A stretch of DNA of 62,101 bases, filler included. It is 3 parts of 3 records of this genome, joined end to end, with 100 filler letters (N's around TTAATTAATTAA, not from the genome) between each part and the next. Parts side by side here need not be neighbours in the genome. Positions count along the whole stretch, not along the records: positions 46,151 to 62,101 come from SRR22947727_1479; 2 more parts are not named here. The stretch is one strand, 5' to 3'. Positions 59,264 to 62,101 of this stretch are shown in pieces. The notes under the pieces were generated by a model that was not told the origin of the DNA, made no database searches, and was given only the letters and a program-made list of their open reading frames with translations. The translations under genes and the position numbers were made by a program. Positions within the stretch are counted from its first letter, which is position 1. Every line of letters begins with the position of its first letter.

Positions 59264-61989
59264 GGTTTTCGCTAGTAATTAAAACGGGTACTAATGACAT
59301 AACCCAATACTTAAGCGCAATGGCCGCGCGTACTGGGGTAATATTCGAAGCCCAAGAATGTTTAATAGATGGCCTTAAAGCATTAGGAGGTACGTTTGAA
59401 GTAGAAACGCCCGTAGATTTATTCGGTGATGAAACCATACAACTAACGAGGCAAATAAAAGAGTTACAAGATTTAAGTAACGCGCACACGGATTTTACGC
59501 AACAATTCACAATACCAAGCACACCAACCAACGACCCGATTTTCCAAAATTACTTCGACGAAAACATATTACTAGATGGTTGGAACGCATTTTTAAAACT
59601 TGATGCGGCTATTTATATACATGGGTTACCCGTATTTGATGGGTGTATTGAGTTAACGGGGGTTGAGTTTAAGAACGGATTACCACGCCAATATAATATT
59701 GTATTCTATGGACAAAGCAAAAAGGCCATAGCCGATTGGGGCGAGAAGATATTAAACGAAGTCGATTGGTCGGCATATAACCATACGGTAAGTTATGCCA
59801 ATGTCGTTTCATCTTGGGCGGGTGGATTATTAAGCGGTAAAATTATGTACCCCGTAGCCGATTGGCATTTAGGTATGCAGTATTGCAAAGTGCCAGTGGT
59901 TGAAAACAATTTATACGATCAAGGATTAAGCGTTAACGATTTACGCCCCGCCATACTTTTAAAAGAAATGGTAACGGCGTGTTTTGACGATATAGGGTAC
60001 ACCATTAGCGGTTCACTATTAGACAAAGACAATTTTACCGACCTTTTCGTAATACCGCAAAACGCGGCGGGTCCTATACAAAACCCCGCAAATGAAAACG
60101 CCAAAATTAACGTTAATAGCAATACGGCGTTAACCTTTAATCAGAATTGGCAAGGCCAAAAGGTTGTATTTAATACCGAGGTAAGCGACCCACTAAACGC
60201 ATACGATACAACCACGGGTAAATATACCGTTCCTTTTAATGGTGAAATAACCATGAGAGTAAGCGGAAATTGTACGGTATTTAATGCCACCGCATATATT
60301 AGAATATACAATAGTACGGGGCAATCGCTATTTTATCAAACCATAACAAGCGTTGGAACGTTTGATTTTACATTTATTGGCCAATTCAACAAAGGCAACC
60401 AATTATATGTTGAAATTAAAACGAGTGCCACCACAACTATAAGCGGCTTTACTTGGGAAATTACCAAGGTACCTTATGGAATAGATGGCACCACTATGAA
60501 CATGGCGGTGGTTATGCCGCAAATTAAGGTTAGTGATTTTATCCAAAAATTCCTAAAGACTTACAACGCTATTTTATTACCCGTAAGCGATACGGAGTTT
60601 GAGTTACACAATATAGACGACTATTACGCCGATGGTTCAACCAAGAATTGGACCGAGTACATAGACATAACCGATATTAGGCACGAAAAAATGCCTATTC
60701 CTGGGCGTATAACGATGCAACACACCGAGGCCGAAGACCAAGCCAACGTTGCGTTTAAAAGTTTAAATAATCGCAATTATGGAAGTGTTGACGTATCGCC
60801 CGAAGTGGACTTTTCGGCAGACGAATTAAACATCGAAACGCCGTTTAGCGTATTTACTCCGTCGGTAATTAGAGAGGTAGACACCAAAGGGCAATTGGTA
60901 GGGGAAACGGACTTACAAATACCCGTGGTTTTAGATGCTGATAATAAGGGCGTTAAAGCCGATTTGTGGTTATATTATTACGTGGGCTTTACTAGTACCT
61001 CGGATTCGTGGAAACTAAACAATACAGACCAATTTAGTTACCCTTTAATTTCCTCTTATTCAGACTACCCAACGGCAAGTGATGATTTTTCGTTAGCGTT
61101 TGGCCTAGAAACAACATTAAGCGGAGATACTCCAACCAATACTATGTACGTAGAATTTTGGAGGGCGTATTTATCGCGGTTGTATTCAAGCAAAAGCCGC
61201 GTAGTTTATTTGGATGCGGTGTTACCCGTTGGTGAGTGGCTTAATTTAGAAATGAACGACACCATAGCCGTAAGTTCTAATTACTACAAAATCCAAAGTA
61301 TCGAGTACGATATGTTAGCCGAAAGGGCCAAGCTAGTATTAATAAGTTACCCCGATGTTGACGTACAGAAATACACAAGTGCGGGGGATGGCGTAGGATG
61401 GACCGATGGCGACGACCGAGTGGATGGCGTAAGTGTTCTTAATGGTGATAGTGTAGGTAGGGCGGTAACGCATGGTAAACCCGATTTAAACGGGGATGTA
61501 ACCGTTGACAACCTGGGCCAAAAAGGGTATGGGTTTAGTAACGTTGGATTCTTAAATAGGGCGGTTCGTGAATTACTCAAGGGTATAAATGTAATAACCG
61601 CATACGCCACAAGCACCGAAATTATAACCGTAGATGAATTTGGTAATTATACGGCGGTGAGTTTAGATAGTAGCCAAATATATGGGAATGAGGCATATTT
61701 TGGTTTAGGTACCAATTCGGTAGATATCAGCGTAAGCGCACGTTATAAAATTACGGGTATGATTGGGTTAGACCATTCACATGGCCATGATTTAAGCGTG
61801 GCGGTATTGGTTAACGATCAAATCACATTAGCCGAGTGTAACGTAGGAACTACGGACCAATCCACAAGCGTAAGCACCATTTTGGATTTGAACGCGGGGG
61901 ATGTTGTTACCTTGGGCGTTAGTTGCATTGATAATCATTCGGGTAATGTGGACATAAATACGGCTCGATTAATGGTTGAAACAAAATGA
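59260..61989 (+). CDS. Tail tip/hub-like structural protein with C1q-like beta domains
   Basis: VDLFGDETIQLT, TDFTQQFTIP...NDPIF, beta-rich C-terminus. Confidence 0.65.
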   Translation: MRFSLVIKTGTNDITQYLSAMAARTGVIFEAQECLIDGLKALGGTFEVETPVDLFGDETIQLTRQIKELQDLSNAHTDFTQQFTIPSTPTNDPIFQNYFDENILLDGWNAFLKLDAAIYIHGLPVFDGCIELTGVEFKNGLPRQYNIVFYGQSKKAIADWGEKILNEVDWSAYNHTVSYANVVSSWAGGLLSGKIMYPVADWHLGMQYCKVPVVENNLYDQGLSVNDLRPAILLKEMVTACFDDIGYTISGSLLDKDNFTDLFVIPQNAAGPIQNPANENAKINVNSNTALTFNQNWQGQKVVFNTEVSDPLNAYDTTTGKYTVPFNGEITMRVSGNCTVFNATAYIRIYNSTGQSLFYQTITSVGTFDFTFIGQFNKGNQLYVEIKTSATTTISGFTWEITKVPYGIDGTTMNMAVVMPQIKVSDFIQKFLKTYNAILLPVSDTEFELHNIDDYYADGSTKNWTEYIDITDIRHEKMPIPGRITMQHTEAEDQANVAFKSLNNRNYGSVDVSPEVDFSADELNIETPFSVFTPSVIREVDTKGQLVGETDLQIPVVLDADNKGVKADLWLYYYVGFTSTSDSWKLNNTDQFSYPLISSYSDYPTASDDFSLAFGLETTLSGDTPTNTMYVEFWRAYLSRLYSSKSRVVYLDAVLPVGEWLNLEMNDTIAVSSNYYKIQSIEYDMLAERAKLVLISYPDVDVQKYTSAGDGVGWTDGDDRVDGVSVLNGDSVGRAVTHGKPDLNGDVTVDNLGQKGYGFSNVGFLNRAVRELLKGINVITAYATSTEIITVDEFGNYTAVSLDSSQIYGNEAYFGLGTNSVDISVSARYKITGMIGLDHSHGHDLSVAVLVNDQITLAECNVGTTDQSTSVSTILDLNAGDVVTLGVSCIDNHSGNVDINTARLMVETK

Positions 61990-62101
61990 TAAGCGAAGTA
62001 ATAAAAATAATTCAAAGCGACGAATGGCACGGCGTTTCTAAACGGATGGAAATAGCCAAGGGCCAAAATAAAATTGTTACCTCTTGGGGTGGCGTATTCA
62101 A
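61986..62101 (+). CDS. Partial hypothetical protein (MISEVIKIIQSDEWHGVSKRMEIAKG...)
   Basis: ATGA overlap with the previous stop; runs off the window. Confidence 0.65.
   Translation, partial: MISEVIKIIQSDEWHGVSKRMEIAKGQNKIVTSWGGVF

Noticed and set aside
26698-62101. Phage contigs as prophages of the contig-1 bacterium
   Set aside because: They are separated by artificial spacers, and gene content and promoter types point to cyanobacterial and Bacteroidetes hosts.

Overview
The window joins three unrelated contigs with two identical artificial 100-nt spacers (N44-TTAATTAATTAA-N44, at 26598-26697 and 46051-46150). Contig 1 (1-26597) is a GC-rich gammaproteobacterial chromosome fragment whose gene content resembles marine OM60/NOR5 Halieaceae (inference). 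It carries a TonB receptor/SDR/MFS/TetR unit, an ASCH-FAD oxidase-Rieske set, a phzF-like-egtB-egtD-DUF427 ergothioneine cluster, a YccA/BI-1 gene and two giant surface proteins with a shared C-terminal sorting signal. Contig 2 (26698-46050) is the baseplate region of a T4-like cyanomyovirus (PAAR-like, gp25, gp6, partial giant gp7) with late-promoter motifs. Contig 3 (46151-62101) is an AT-rich tailed phage with Bacteroidetes-type promoters, covering replication, DNA modification, packaging and tail genes. The top finding is a 70-nt non-canonical tRNA-Gly(UCC)-like gene (53088-53157, minus strand) with its own consensus Bacteroidetes promoter, lying antisense over the 3' end of a Mom-family DNA-modifying gene. 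It keeps the GlyRS identity elements but has A33 and a broken T-stem, which suggests a dedicated glycyl donor for DNA hypermodification. Contig 3 also shows a kissing-loop leader RNA and iteron origin at the replication gene, and a -1 frameshift in a tail-chaperone-like gene.
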